64,000 bases of DNA, from positions 7,130,001 through 7,194,000 of the forward strand of contig CM069163.1 in assembly GCA_035221665.1 (NCBI GenBank), read 5' to 3'. The stretch comes from Okamejei kenojei (Eukaryota). Positions 36,106-50,984 of this stretch are shown piece by piece. Numbering within the stretch: the first letter of the stretch is position 1; each line of letters starts with the position of its first letter. The notes beneath the pieces were generated by a model that was given only the letters and a program-made list of their open reading frames with translations, had not been told where the DNA came from and did not search any database. The translations under genes and the position numbers were made by a program.

Positions 36106-39100
36106 AAATACTGACTATTTGAGAAATCATTTACCTGATGGACTAAGTAAAGTATGGACTAACAAAACATTTGTACCCAATAACATGATATCTAGTTAGA
36201 AAAATCTAGACATAATTTCCATTTTCTCATTCAGAATAGAACTCCAAATGGGAATTCTCGACTGAGGAAGACGATTTTCTGGGTAACACATAAGCAAAAT
36301 TAACAGAAAATCTGCAATTCTTTAAGTCTGCCTTTACCCAGTTTTAGCACCAGTATTTCTGTCAAAGAAAGGTAAAGATGGGGACGTGGCAAATGCCCCC
36401 TTTTACCATAGCCAGCAGCAGCAACAATAACAAATTGTACACAGTTTACACAACTCAGCAAAAAATAAATAAATAAATCCAAAAACAAGAACAGTAACAA
36501 AATCTTGAATTTCGAACAAGCTGACTGAAATAATTAGAAGATAGGTCGACATTGTTTCCACAATTAAATGTACAAAATGTATTGCAATTCACTTCTAGCT
36601 AACAATAAAACATGTTATATCTAAAGAAAGTATAATATTGAAAAGTCTTTAGTTGGGCTGTTAGTAAGTTGAAATTATCTTTTTGCAACTATTTGGTGTT
36701 GATCTCGACAGCACTCTAATGCAAGGGCATTGTAATATCAGCTGATGAGCGGTGGTTTAAAAAAAATCCGTCTTTCTTATTGGAGATCCTGAACACATCC
36801 AGTAAAGTTTACTTGAGAGTTGCTGCCATCTGCACTGTGAGTCAATGCAATTGCATATGGACAAACTCCGCATGAATGCAGCCAGAGCATTCAATAAAAA
36901 CATCAAGAGAATTCAGAGAAGGAATCTTAGGGCGAGACTGCGTCAAAACCCATTGTGCCAGTCATCTAGTTGGCCAAAGAGACTGATAAAGTAATCCAAT
37001 TTTTATTGCTCTTTAACTTAAAGATTACCATTAAGTTGGATTCATTGAGACTCCAAGAAGAGGTCAATCTTCAAGCTCCCACTCTATTATCATTGCTCTC
37101 TCTTCCTTGATCACCTCTGGCACATCTTATCAAGGTCATGTTCAATCCAATGATAAGTGGGTCTGCGTGCAGAATAGAATACTAAAGCTCTAGAATGTTT
37201 TTTTTTTTTTTTAAACTTTGGCTATCCTGCAGTTTTGCATATTAACGTTTTAATAAATTTATAAATTAATTGGGAGTCAGTACTTAATTTCAATTGAACG
37301 TAAATGCCACCAACACTTGCCCGAGTGCAGAGAGTGAAACATTATTACATGACTTGTCTATGTAATTCAGAGCATCAGACTGCTAAATGAAGCCCTCCTC
37401 TACTCCAGTCAGTGTTTGAATAGTGACACAACAGCATCAGGTTCATATTCAATACCCTGCCAGTAATCAAACCAGGAAAAGTTAATTAGGCAGCAGGCTA
37501 ATGAATTCAATGGCTCCAAGGCTGCATCTTACAATGATACGTAATTTGAACAAAAGATAACTGCTTTGTGGGCAAGTTTGAGATCATGGGCTGAAATATC
37601 ACACAAACAGAAAAAAATAATGAAAAATATGAGCATAAATGTTGTAACCAGATTAGTTGGTTCAATTTTAAATATTTCAGAATCAGTAACATTATGTATT
37701 GAGGTGTAAGCTTTGATTCTCTCCATTCCCTATAATTTAAATCACAATTTGTTCAGGCATGTTTTAAATGCGACTTTGATTTGCTCGCCTTCTTTTATTC
37801 TCCTCATATAAACTTCTTGGCTATCCCTACGAATGCATAAAAACACAAGCAAAGACTAATTCTACTGATGCTGTAAAATGTCATAATCACAACTTGTAAG
37901 AGAGCTCGATAAATGTCTCTGTAGACCTGATGCTGCCTTGTATCTTTTCCTCAATGAAACTGATGTGAACTGCTTATTTTCTAAAGCACACTATAAGATG
38001 ACAGAAGCATTATGACTGCTCATATGTTCTGACTAACATTTGCCACAAGCTATATCTGTCAGCATTAAATAAAGCTGCATTATAAATGTAAACAAAACAC
38101 CCACATCTACAAAATGAGCTGTCCTCTATGGCTGTAGGCACAAACCGAACCAGCTTATTGACTCAGCTTGCTCTTTTTATTTATTCTTGTACAAAGATGT
38201 GCATTTACTTTAACCCTGGAAGCTTACTTTGCTTAAAGGAAGTTGTTTGCTTCCTGCTGCATATTGAATGGACCAGTGATGACAAACATATACCTAAATG
38301 AGTATGCCATTAGATAATCAAACACTCCAGAAACTCGTGACTGATTAATCAAAGGTCAGCTGAGATCCACAGAGACTTGGGGGGGGGGGGGGGGTGCTGG
38401 GATTTTCCTTGCCTTTTGTTTTAAAATGCAGTCATTAGTTGAAACTAAATGAAAATGAACATATCATCCAAAACTAAAATTATAAACAGAATCACATTAC
38501 TTCCTTTGGAGCTTGTCCAATGTGCTGTACATTAATAGATTTCCGCATGCAGAATATTGCCGTGTTTTCCAAAAACACAAGGAAATCAACAAAACATTCA
38601 ATCTTCAGAATTTCACATCATAACAACACTGAAATAAACCTATAATTTATCGCTTTTTGCATTCATCCATTTTTTTTAATTGCAAACACTGTCGCTGTCT
38701 GTTCACCTCCCTAATCTTATTATGACAATCCATTCACATATAACCGTACAGCACATCTAAGTAAAGCCCCAGAAGTTGGTGCTTGCTGTCAACCTAATAC
38801 ATATTTATCTCTTACACTGCATGAAGTATCTGACAGTCAGTGCAGATTGTACATTTTTGGGGGAACGAACATGTACCAGACTGACATAAGAAGCACATTC
38901 CATCCCAAATTATTGCAGACAGTAGGAGCCAATACACCTAACACAAGATTCAGCAGATGATCTGAAACCAATATTCTTCCAATTGTCGTGTTCAGTTTTC
39001 ATTGTGAAAGATGCATTGCCACATTTGACCCAGTTTGTAATCAATATACCCTTCTTTAAGAAGCACAGAGCATCTCACAAGAATTAAGAAAAAAATTATA

Positions 39101-41341
39101 GAAAAGATAGCTGAAAATCTGAATCTCCGTCACAAAAAGTTATTTGTTATCACTTCCACCTGATCCACCAGGTGATTCCTGCATTTTCTGCATGGAAATA
39201 GGTTGTTACATTCTAGACAGCACGGGACACAAGCCCTTCAGCAAACTCATCCACACCAGCCATGAAGCTTATACAATCTCACATTTGGCCCAAATCCCTC
39301 CAACGTGTCTCCCAATGCTTGATAAATATTAATTGTACTTTCCTCTATCACCACCTACTTTCCCTTGGCTGCACCAAATAATAATTCATGAAGGAATTAA
39401 TTCTAGACATATAGAGCTTTGTACAAGCACAAATACAAATCTAAAACCAATGAGGAACGACTGATGTGTTAGTAACTTTGAATATTGATTATATCGAATG
39501 TAACATTCATAGGCCATCCCATTGCTCGTCATGATCTGAATCAATTTGGGTTTTTTTTACAAACAACATTCATACCATTTCTTTAAAGCTATACAGCAAT
39601 AGCTTACGTTAGCTTCGGTGTTTTATATGCTACCGTGTGAATACCAGCAAAAACCATCTATTCAGAAATGACACAAATACAGGTGATTGTGGATACTGGA
39701 TTTTTGGTAACGCTTTAAACTAAATTGGCTGGGGTGGGATTGCAGAAACATCTGTTCCACATGTATTGAGAAAGCTAAAGAGTGGGAAAAAAATGAGAGA
39801 TGATAACCAGACTGTCAAGAAAGGAGAGTCCATTCAAAAAGTATACAAATATTGGAGTACGGATACACCATTGATTTTCCGGCAAATGATGGTCCAGCAC
39901 AAACCCAACAAAATTACGAGAGCACACTTGAAATTCCCGTGATGGCCAGACCACAGAGGGCAATGCGTGCGACGCGCGCTCTTTTAGATCTTGTGCCTCC
40001 ATCACAAAATAATTCATTGTTTTTATTATTATACGTTTCCATGGTGCTTTAGGGGCACGGGAGAGATATAATTTGTGGGTCAGTGGTGTATTGTTGAATT
40101 ATTATTACATGATCTCAGTTGGTCCATCAAAATGGATAATCAAGAGTGGGGAGAAGTGGGAATGACCGGGGTGAAAATGTTCCTTGATTATGTTGGCTGT
40201 TTTCCTGAGGCAGCAAAAGTGTCAATTGGGGGGGGGGGGGGTGGGGTTAGAGGAAGGAAGGCCTAGTTTGTGCGATGGACTGGGCCACATCCACGTGAAG
40301 AAGAACTCAATTAACGTATACGATGATTTTCTAGATCAGTATGGTTAAGGAAGCAGTGAAGAAATAGGCCAATTTAGATGTAATGTGAAAGGGTTAATGA
40401 TTAATATGGTGCCTTTAGGAAAAAGTGATCAAAATATGATTCTATTTTGTTCAACCCGAAAGCCAAGGTCTCAACTCTAAACTATGCAAACTACAAATGT
40501 ATATGGTGTGGGTTGGCCATGGTAGACCAAGGAACTACATTAAAAGGTATGACACTAAACAAACAATGGTTGATAGTTAAAGAACACAAAGGAACAACAA
40601 AGGTTGTGGTCATTACCGTGGGGGAGGAAGGGAGACTGAGCAAGATGGGTAAATAATTAAATTGAAGGGGACCAACCCGGCCATTGCAGGGTAAGCAACA
40701 CTATTCCAAATTGGCCAAGCTGAGCCTGGCCAAAGAGGATGCTCTAAATCTTGTGAACTAATTTCTCCTGACAATGCTTTAAACAGGTGTTACATGGGGA
40801 ACAACATTGCTACATGCGAGCATGACACAGAAAGCTGCTGATCCACGCACGAGTGATTTGTGACAGCAAGTCAGCAGTCAAATTTCCAATGAGGTGTGAT
40901 TCAACAAGGAAACCACCACTACCTTGTTCACTCCAGGGAAAACTGATTTTCATGCACATCACATCAAAACAAAAATCACTGCACTATCTTATTCCTGGGC
41001 CAAGATTTCCACTCGTGGTTCAATGAGAGTCACCGCACCAAAACAAGAACAATTAGTTGAAAAACGATGGTATATTTCCTTGTGTAATACATTGTACACA
41101 AACTTGCTGTGCATTCAAAGATGCTTGCTTGCACAAATAGCTGCAGTTTGATTTGTTATAACGCGCAAAGGCACCTCGTTGGCATGGCACATAGTGGCAT
41201 GGTCCCATTCAAAGATCTTATTTCAGAAATCTGGACTATACGAAATAGTGAAAATATTCATGTGCTGCACATAAAATAGATTTACACTTTTATGTCGATG
41301 ACTTTTTTTTATAGTTATAAGATCTGGATCATTCTGAAATA

Positions 41342-41646
41342 TTAGTTTAGTTTAGAGTTACAGCATGTAAGCAGGCCCTTTGGCCCACCGGAACTGTGTC
41401 GACCGGCGATCCCCACAAACTAACACTACATTCGCTAGGGGGAATTTACAATTATACCAAGCCAATTTACCTACATGCCTCTACGTCTTTGGAGTGTGAG
41501 AGGAAGCCAAAGATCTTAGAGAAAATCCATGATGGTCATGGGGAGAAAGCACAAACTCCGTACAGACAGCATCCGTAGCCGGGACCAAACCAGGGTCTCC
41601 GGCGCTGCAAACGCTGTAATGCAGCAACTCTACCACCATGCCACCC
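41342..41646 (-). mobile_element. HE1-like V-SINE
   Basis: (tttag)n tail, ctttggagtgtgagaggaagcc V-domain, aaactccgtacagacagca and gcagcaactctacc head. Confidence 0.88.
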
Positions 41647-44600
41647 ACACCAATTGCACACATTTTAACCAAAGTTATTTTATTATCACAATGCTGAGTT
41701 CTTAATTTCAGTCATGTTAGTGCAGAGAAGCAAGAAGACAGATGCCATTTTAAGGGGAAGAATCGCCCAAGTTATTTTTAAGTTCCCTATCATTGTCAGC
41801 TTAGAAACAGTTTTAAAAAATGCTCTGAAGGCAGGCAATCGATCGACAGCTCCCAATGCAGTCTAAAAAGCATTAACAAGAAAATAGATTATTTCAAATC
41901 AACCAAAAAAATTGAGTTACCTGTTTACATTCAATGGATTAAGTCAATGTTACCTACATTTGATAGCAAGTCTCACTGGCCTGGTAACCTTCATCTTTGT
42001 AAATCTTCTCAAAGGGATCAGAGGAATCTCTAAGAAGCAGCTTTTAATCATCACTGAAACAAATTCCTATTTTTAGATTGATTAATTTATGCTAAGGGAT
42101 CAACAAACAGATGACACCAGAAAACATAAATGATGGAAGTAATGGCTACTTTGTTTAGTAAGATTACAATAATACAGTGTTTACACCTCTCAATGCATCA
42201 AATATGATTATAACTCAAGATCAGTGTGACGGGAGTTTTATATTTTCAGCACGAGAGATGGGGGCAGGAAAAGTGCGCAAGGAAAATTCTTGAACATTTT
42301 ATTTTGTCAAATAATTCGGTTTTCCTTTTCCCTAATTCTTCCCGATGTTGCAGGCCAACCAAGTGGAGAAAGTAGCAGAAGCCTCGAAACTCTGCAAATG
42401 CAGATATGAAAGCAACCACTGGGAGATGCCCAAGAGCAATCCAGAATGGTTGCCATTCCTTCTGGGAATCTGTCTGTCCTCCACTGAGGCAACAGCATTG
42501 TGGTAATTCACCATATCAATGGATGCGAACCAACACCATAGATTTCTGTGGTAGCAATAAGCTATAATGTTGTTCTATCTCAATGTTCTGGTGAAGAAGC
42601 AATGCACGCAATTGAGTGAAAAGGCAAGGAGAAAAAAAAAAATGAGCAACTTATTTTTCAATAAATTATTGTTTCTCCATCAAGGCTTTTGGAACTTTTT
42701 TTTTAAAGCACCCTGGAAAATTGAACTGCAATAATAGAAAAAGCCTGAGAAAGCATGTAAATGGCTGCAATTTTTACCATTAAATGTAATGGTTACTGAA
42801 TTCACAAAAGCTGAGGAAAATGTCTGTACTATTAATGCAATGTACTGTACTTGTTTCAACATTCAACTTCTATTTAAATAAGAAAGGCTGTTGCACTCAT
42901 ATAAATGAAGGCCAGCCACAAGGGAGCAACGCACAGTTCTGTGCAGGTTTATAAACACTAAGAACCCCCCTTTCCCCCAAACTACCATTATTGCTTGAGC
43001 AAAACAAATATTCAACCACAAACCTCTAAATCATTTCAATTCCCATTTCCAAGTATAATTTAATCTTCTTTTGTGACACTTGATGCTTACTTCATCATGG
43101 AGTAATGACAGATTAAAAAGTTGTTGAATTAAATATTGAAGAGGACTGCAGGCGGTTGTGCATTTTTAAAGAAATAACGCAGACTGAAGATGAAATGCGA
43201 GGCTAAAATGCCTGCTTCAAATCATACGTGTGAAATATTCTTGGAGCCCACATACTGTACTTTAAAGTGGGGCCTACTGTGATGTAACTGCTTATTATTT
43301 TTCTCATTAAAGTGCTCTGATAGCATAATTAGCAAGAGGTTATGTTTTTGCATCAATTTTCTCTGCCTTCCTCACTTCTGAGGATATTATGGTCTGACTC
43401 CTCAGGCAGAGACACTTTCCTTCTCTATTGCCAAAATTCTATTCCCAGGGGTACTACTCCTGCAGGCACTATGGGTGAAATCAGTCAACACAGAACATAA
43501 AAGAGGTGAAATTCCTGACCTTCTTGAACTGTAATGCTCAGCTGTTCATGGAGTAAAGCCACTGGATAATCAGCAAAACAGTTATTCTAATACATGGGCT
43601 TCTCTGATAGATCAGTAAGTTCACATATTAAAATCTGAGTCACACAGATAAGGTGCCAACTGCAAAGTCCAGTCCTTGCCTCATTGACAAATCTCAGCTG
43701 CAGTGACAGTCGGGGCAGTACTGAAGCTCGGACCAAAACGGAAAATTACCCAATGATCCCACTCATTGCTGTTAATTAACGTCTGCTGGGGAAGTGCAAA
43801 TATGTGAACATCAGGTGAGGTGGAGCACAGCTTTAACTGTAACACCGCGTGCAGCTCGAGAGCTTGCTTGGGGCATGGTCAGGCACACATAAATAATGGC
43901 CAAAGAGCAACTGATGCCAGTGAGACCTTCGAAATGGGGCACGAGTCAGAGTTCTTTGCAAGGAACTTGTAAATCAGCACAAAAATAAAATCAGAAAGCC
44001 ATGCAGATATTATGAATCATATAATTCTATTTGCATTCATGCACCTAATTTCTGTGAAGACAGACACACACACATGAAATGTGCACGTATTTCAAAATCA
44101 GCATCACTTTGCTTGAAATAATTGAAAGAACAAATTGAGTCATAAAATTGCTAATATTATATTTGTTAAACTGCTATGTTGCAGAACCTTTAATTGCATG
44201 CCCAATATTCTCTCCACAGTATACACTTTATATCAGGGTGCCTGAACATTAGAGCAAAACATTGCATTTCTGAGACTGCTGTAAGCTTCTCCTTTAAGCA
44301 TTTTCATATCAGATAAATATACAATAACTAAAAACAATCAGCAAATGTGTCCACTATGCCCTTCACACGTTCACTTCATGTTGTTGTATGTTCTTCATTC
44401 AGCTCTATTTAAGAGATCTCATTTATCGGCTTTCTAAGACAGCATTTTCTCACCAATACTGACTGCATAATTAATGGAAATGCACTCTAGTGTCATGTGC
44501 AGGGCCTTTTGGTTTACTTCTCCAAGACGTTTACAGCTGAATATTAACTACAGCAAGCAGCAACACAACAGGGTGGAAAATCAGCTTGTCACAGATCCGC

Positions 44601-46379
44601 TTTGATGCCACATAAAGAGCCCGCATCAATTCCTTTTCCCCTTCTCTCTCTTGCAAGATGATTAAATGCAAAGTCTTGTCTAAAAATATAACTCAATCAC
44701 ATAATATATACAAAGTGATCATTCACTCATATTATATGCATGGGAACAGGTTACAGACCACAATACATCCAAGGGAGATTATAACATTATTGTAACAATG
44801 AGGTCGATTTGAAACACTGTCCTAAGAATCACCAGCAGAAAAACTTGTTTAAACAGTTACTGTGAATTTTAAGGTGTGAAGGAGGAAGCAAACTTTATAT
44901 TAAGCGGCAATAATACTTCACACTTTGCAACATTTTGGCCTCTTCTTCTGAAAATAGGACCAGGAATTTCTCTTGGGATTATCCTGATTGGCAGCCAGAC
45001 GTTTGATGGAAAATTCAAATTGACTGCACAATCAAGAGAATTTCCACTGAATATATGCAGCTGATGAGATGCCCATGCAAACATCCAAGTGATTCGGCTT
45101 GAGGCTATGTTCCATGGTGCTAAGAATTCTGCCGTGCCTCTCTGAAGTGACCAAAGTTCATGTTGTAGGCTTGAAAGCAAATCCAGAGTATAAAAGCAAA
45201 TCTAGAGTATAAAACTCAACCATGAAGTAACAGCCACGATTGGAATCCATTCCACACCCAAGGTTCATATATGTCCCCAATACAGAACTGCTGGTGTTTC
45301 AGTACTGAATAGGAGTCAAGGAAAGAGTGTTCACGTACAAGATTGCCCTGTTTCCACCAATCTTTCCACCACCACGCACAAGACAGACACCATTATACGC
45401 AGATGTCGAGAAGTGTATTCAGCTCTGGCTGAACAACTTCTAATCTTGTGTGTGGACTCGATAAGAAGAAGTGTTGAATGGATGTCTCTCAGTGTGATTA
45501 TAGTCCTCACTAAACATGCTCTTTGAGACACCAGGAAAACAAGTGCAACCACTTTTACAAACAAAATCTTTGTAAGAGATGGGGAATTTATGTGGAAATA
45601 ATACCACTAACTCATTTATACCTACAGCTATGTAAAGCCCAGATAAGAGCATACATGTAACACTAAAGCAGTCTGGGCCACCACATCTAATAAGGATATT
45701 TTCCCCAGGGAGCAACATAAATTTACTAGTTTACATGGTTAGATTAGTAGGTAAGGTAACAGAAACTATAGGTTGTGGCTGCTGTATTTCTGATAGTTAA
45801 AGGGTGACACAATTCAAGTTCAAGATATCCTGGAACCAAGATGGATGAAAAAAAGCTGTTGCTACAAACCGTGGATCTACAACTTGAGACAAGGTAAAAA
45901 TTAGCGACAGTACTTTCAGAAGTGAAATTAGGAAATATTTCCGCGCAGACAGTAGCAGAATTTCTGAACAGCAAATGACAATTAATGTAGATCAACTATC
46001 AGTTGTAAAGTCAGGGTGATAGCATTGTACTTAAAACATTTCTCAGACATATGTCATAAAGTCCATCTTTTGCAACTGAGTAATGTTAAGTCACCCAGAG
46101 TTTAATTGCTATCCAGTTAACCTAGTAAATTACAATGTACTTGTTACTTTCAGATTGCACCTTTGAGGCAACCTGTAATTTTAAAATCAGTTAATGATCT
46201 GCAGCAGTGGGTAATGTCTGCAATTTGTAATCTGCAACAATCATTTTCAATAATTTAGATAGTATGATAAAGGAAAGCTGGGTGTAAATTGTGGAGCAAC
46301 TTTACTTGGAACCAAGGTGTTCAGAAGAGATCACTCACAAAGTCAGTGACTACTGAATCAGATCACAGGACATACATAG

Positions 46380-47320
46380 CACCCTAAGAATCATGAGCTA
46401 TCTAGCTATCTAGGCCATCTAGCTCTTCGAACTTGCTCCACCATTTAACAAGATCACGTGGTTATCAACCGCTGCACTATTCTCATTCCCCTGCACTAAA
46501 CTGATATTCCTCTCTTCCCATAAAACAGGGAAACGTCAATAATCCAGCACACCCAGGATTTTGGTTGTATCAGTCTGGTGGATTTTCAAGAATATTTTAT
46601 GTTCTCGAGCACACTTGAATTAGTTTTTATATGATGTCCCATAGTATTATTACAGATTATTCTTTGAACTTTTATTATTATTCACACCTTTTACTTCTCT
46701 GTTCCCATCCTCTCATAATATAAAGCAGCATACCATTTGCACTTCTAACTGCTTGCTTCGCTACGTTAACTTTCATTGACGTCCACAAGGACAACCAGGT
46801 CCCTGTGGTCATCAACAATTTCTCAACATACTCTGCTTTTCTATCTTGTGCACACCAAAGTGGTGACCTCAAAACATTTCCACATTGTATTCCAACTGCC
46901 ATAATCTTGCTTACTCACCCAGTTTGAAGCCATTTCTCCCACTCAAATTCCTGCCTATTTGGCTCAACTACAAACTTAGGTATTTTGTTCCCTTAGAAAT
47001 AGATTATGAATAACTGGGGCCCCAAGCAAAATTCCCAGGGAAAATGATGAAGGCCTATTTATTCACACCTTTTACCAGTTCACACTATGCATTTGCCCCT
47101 ACTCCTTTTAAAACAAACTCTTGCATAGATCCTTATCAAAAGTCTTCAGAAGATCCATGTACATTGGTTCCCAGTTATACATTTTATCAATCACAAACTC
47201 AAAGAATTCCAATTAATGTGACACCATTTTCCTTTCATAAATTCAGCTGCCTATTTATTCCTATTATTCTTTGCAAGTTTATTACATAATTCTCAATTGC
47301 AACACTTCTTATAAATGTTC
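46380..47320 (-). mobile_element. Old CR1 LINE fragment
   Basis: ORF 46678-46902 remnant (MKVNVAKQAVRSANGMLLYIMRGWEQRSK) parallels the CR1 RT peptide at 2332-2805. Confidence 0.65.
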
Positions 47321-47844
47321 TCATCTCCACCAAATATATCTTCCTAAAAAGGACAACATTTACCTCCATTGCACAGGGTACAAAAAAGCTACATTTCCAC
47401 TATCCCACTGGTGTGGTATAAACTTCTAGTGACCAAGCTGAAGTTGGACAGTCACACAATTTTTGTTCACATGAGCAAAATAAAGGTTTCTGAAATTCAA
47501 GATTTATTTAGGTTTTAAAAAATAAGAGAAAAAAAGAGATAATCACATGCAGCAACACATTTCAGCTGTATCAGCTTGGATTTTTCATGATTGCAATTCC
47601 AGGGATTGATAAGATAAAGCAAAATATCTGTGATAGCGGGGCCAAGGTTATTGTGCAATAAAGTGTACAGTCCTCTGTTAAAATGGGTTAAATGAGGTGG
47701 TTAACGGATGATAATACAGGCAAAGTGTAATATATATTGTTTCTTCAAAAACCTATGAAGAACAGCAGCGAATAAAACTAGTGGGAGAAAATTTGGGTCA
47801 AAACCATCCCTTTCCCACTTTATCTAAAACTTAATACTAACTTG

Positions 47845-49510
47845 TTTTCTCTCTTTCCTATTTCTAACAAAGGGTCTTAGACTTGAAACTTTAACTCTGT
47901 TTCTCTTTCCACAGATTCTGCCTGCCCTACCAACTATTTCCAGTATTTTATGTTTTATTTTAGATTCCATGCAACTTGTTTTTTTTATATTCATTTACTA
48001 TTTAATTCACTGCCAGGAATGACAATTTATCTTCCAGCAATGACAACTGGAAGTTCTCCTGCATTCTCTGACAAGAGTTTTGCCCTTTTGGTTGTGTAGT
48101 CCATCCTCAGTGGTTTCTCTTGTTCTTCCAGTTTTCACTAAGACGTTGACCAAAACTCACTTCCACGTGCATATTTCTTTCATTAGCAAATGTCTCCAAC
48201 TTACCCCATGTGGATTTTAACTCAAATTCCACCCTTTACTATTTACTCACCCAGGATCACAGGAATCTTCAAACTTGCCATCATTTCTCAAGACATTGCT
48301 CTCATCATATACCAAGATCCACATTTAATCCATGCACTCTCTTGACCTCTGTCAACTACTCTTACTCATCCTGCCTAAAGCTGTTATGGTCCACAATCTC
48401 TTCGTTCAATGCTGTAGCAGACAATTTATTATCTTTCTTTTCTGGTTTAAATAATGTCAAACTTGAACATCTTATAAATTCCAATACCCCTCCAATATCC
48501 CTCCAGACCTTTCAACTTTCCCATCTCTCCCTCCAGTTCCTCTCGCGTGTTTTCCTCTTCCCTTCCAATGGTCCCATTTCTGATCCCCAAACAGCAGTCG
48601 CCAAGAGGCCTCAGCTGCATTCCTCTACAAGCTTACTTCAATTAAGTCTGAGGACTCTTCTTCCGCCACCTCCAAATGCATTTCTTTGACCAGGCGTTTT
48701 CACCCGAGACTGCTGACTCTTGTCTCCAGACTTCCTGATTCACGTGGATCTCTCCCTCTGACTTTGTACCCTCTCTAGATCTACTCCTTGTGAACTGCAG
48801 ATGGGACATTGACCGCCTTGATTTTCCACTCCCCTCACTCACTCTAACCTATTCTCTTTCAATTTATACTGCTCTGCTCACAAAGAACTAGCCCTGATAT
48901 CATTGTAAACCTGCCAACAGGGTACTGTTGTAACCTGGTGAACTGACCTCAAGGTTGCAGAGGCCAAATATCAGTTCACAGACACATTCATATCTCACTC
49001 TCATCATGCCCAACCAATGAACATCAGATCATTGCCTCCAAGAGTTACGAACCTCATTTCTTACATAAATCTTCCCTTCACTGCATCCAGTCTTGTGCTG
49101 CCTCAGCCTCACACAACAGTGTACAAAACACTGGGCACTGATGGCTCCTACTCAAGACCCTACTCTCACCTTGACTCCATCGTGGTCTCCCCTAGTCCAT
49201 GGAACTCGTTCCATATACATCCCCGAACTTTCAGATGCCCTTTGCCACTTTAACAGTTTCCAATTCTTTGGTCCCAAACAGCTAATTGTTACCAAAAACA
49301 TACACTCTCTCTGTACTGCCTCACATCAGAAGAGTCTGAGGGTCCTCCACTTCTTTCTTGAACCAGAGAACCAATCAATTGCCCACCACAAATACACACA
49401 TTCAACTAGGTGAACTTGTCCGCACTTTAAACAATGTCTTCAACCCCATTTACTTTTTTCTTCCCCAGATCCAAAATTTAGTATTTGGAACTCTCAAGGA
49501 CCCAAGCAAC
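47845..49510 (+). mobile_element. Decayed Penelope-like element: terminal-repeat remnant (47845-47975) plus N-terminal/RT region
   Basis: Frameshifted remnants resembling PLE RT motifs: cttcttccgccacctcc (FFRRL), gaactgcagatgggacattgaccgcc (NCRRDI), gatatcattgtaaacctgccaacaggg (IVIKPADKG), SDALCHFNSFQFFGPKQLIVTKNIHSL (TMDVxSL). Confidence 0.7.
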
Positions 49511-50984
49511 AAATCAAATCGGTTAGTGCTGCACGAGAATTAGTTTATACTTCATGCTGAAACTCTAAAAGATATTTGTACATTTTAAAAAAATTGGACA
49601 AAAGATTCATAAAAAAGACAATGGCTTGCTACTATCTATCGGATGAAACAAGTGTGCAGGGATAGAGATCCATACATCAAAAAATTAGATCTATTTGTGC
49701 ACATTTTTTTTGCAGGATTTGTGCTCAAGGCCATTTTGCACACAGTAGAATTTACTACCAATCATTTCCAAGTTAGTTAGCAGCCATCTGAAAATTGACC
49801 TGCATGCTTCCAGGCAAATCACTTTAACATGTCTGACATGTTCCCAGGATAAAGTGGATATCTAATAACATCTTTTAGTGAATAGCAGCTATTTCCATAT
49901 TTACTCAGAAAAAGCAGTTGTTACAGTTCCGATCCGCTTCTCACTCATATCATAAAAAAAGGAGCAAATCCTTTGGAGCAAGTTACGCAAAAGACACAAA
50001 TTAATGGGTTCCCATGGGGAAATCCACATTCTGCCCACAACCTCTGCCAGACATTTGTGCGCTCCATCTATTACCACAGCCAGTGCTGATAAAAATGTAA
50101 ACATCTTTATATTTAAGTGCAACATGTTACAGCACTGGTCCATACTTCAAGTATCTTGGGGAAACATTTGGCACGAGGGCTCTTGAGGCTCCACCATCAC
50201 AACAGGCGTGGCTACATCTGGGCCCTGGCTCTAACCAGAAAAATACAATCTCCTTTATTCTCCTGTGCCAAGCAATGACCACATCTAATACCAAAAGGTA
50301 AATTCCAATTTCTAGCCATCAGCACAAAATGAAATATGCATATTTTAAAGGGCATAAAATTAACAAAAAGCAGGCATCTTGTGTATGTAAAACATTAGGT
50401 TTCTTGCAAAAAGTTGATAACTTCTCCTTTTCCATTTTTATCAGTACATTTTCTTCTGTTCATTTCTGATGACTGACTTGATTACTTGTGAAACTTCTCG
50501 TTCTTCTACAGGTAAAAGCATAATTTCTTTTGCCCCAAGCTGCATCTATTTAGGTCATTCACCCAATTCTTATGAAAGATCCTGCACTGAAATGTTACCT
50601 GTTTCCCTTTCCACAGCTGTTGTGTGGTATGGAAAGTGTTTCTGGTATTTTTAATTTATTTTTATCTGCTCACTATTTATTCATACGGGTAAATTCAAAC
50701 AAATTGCTTGTCAGACAGGTTTTAAAGTGTCACAGTTGTAAAAAAGTCAATAATTTCCTGCCCACCTAATAATACAGGCTTGATAAACCCACATTATTCC
50801 CTGTATTAAATTAGCTGATCTCAATCAGTGACCCAATTGTTCTTGCACTCTGGGTGAAAACAGCCAGACTTCCCGCTCTATGCTGGAAGCGAATATGTTT
50901 GGATACAAGGGGACAAGATCAAACAAAGCGTCAAAGCCCCTGGAGTTGAACAGTTTGTTGAGGCCCACTGGAAATGACATTCAC

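Noticed and set aside
43330-43850. Possible very old SINE/L2-tail remnants
   Set aside because: Too degraded to assign a family or boundaries by eye.
45175-45213. Short tandem duplications (also at about 6382-6421, 30127-30160 and 53262-53294)
   Set aside because: Two-copy 15-20 bp slippage or repair duplications with no further structure.
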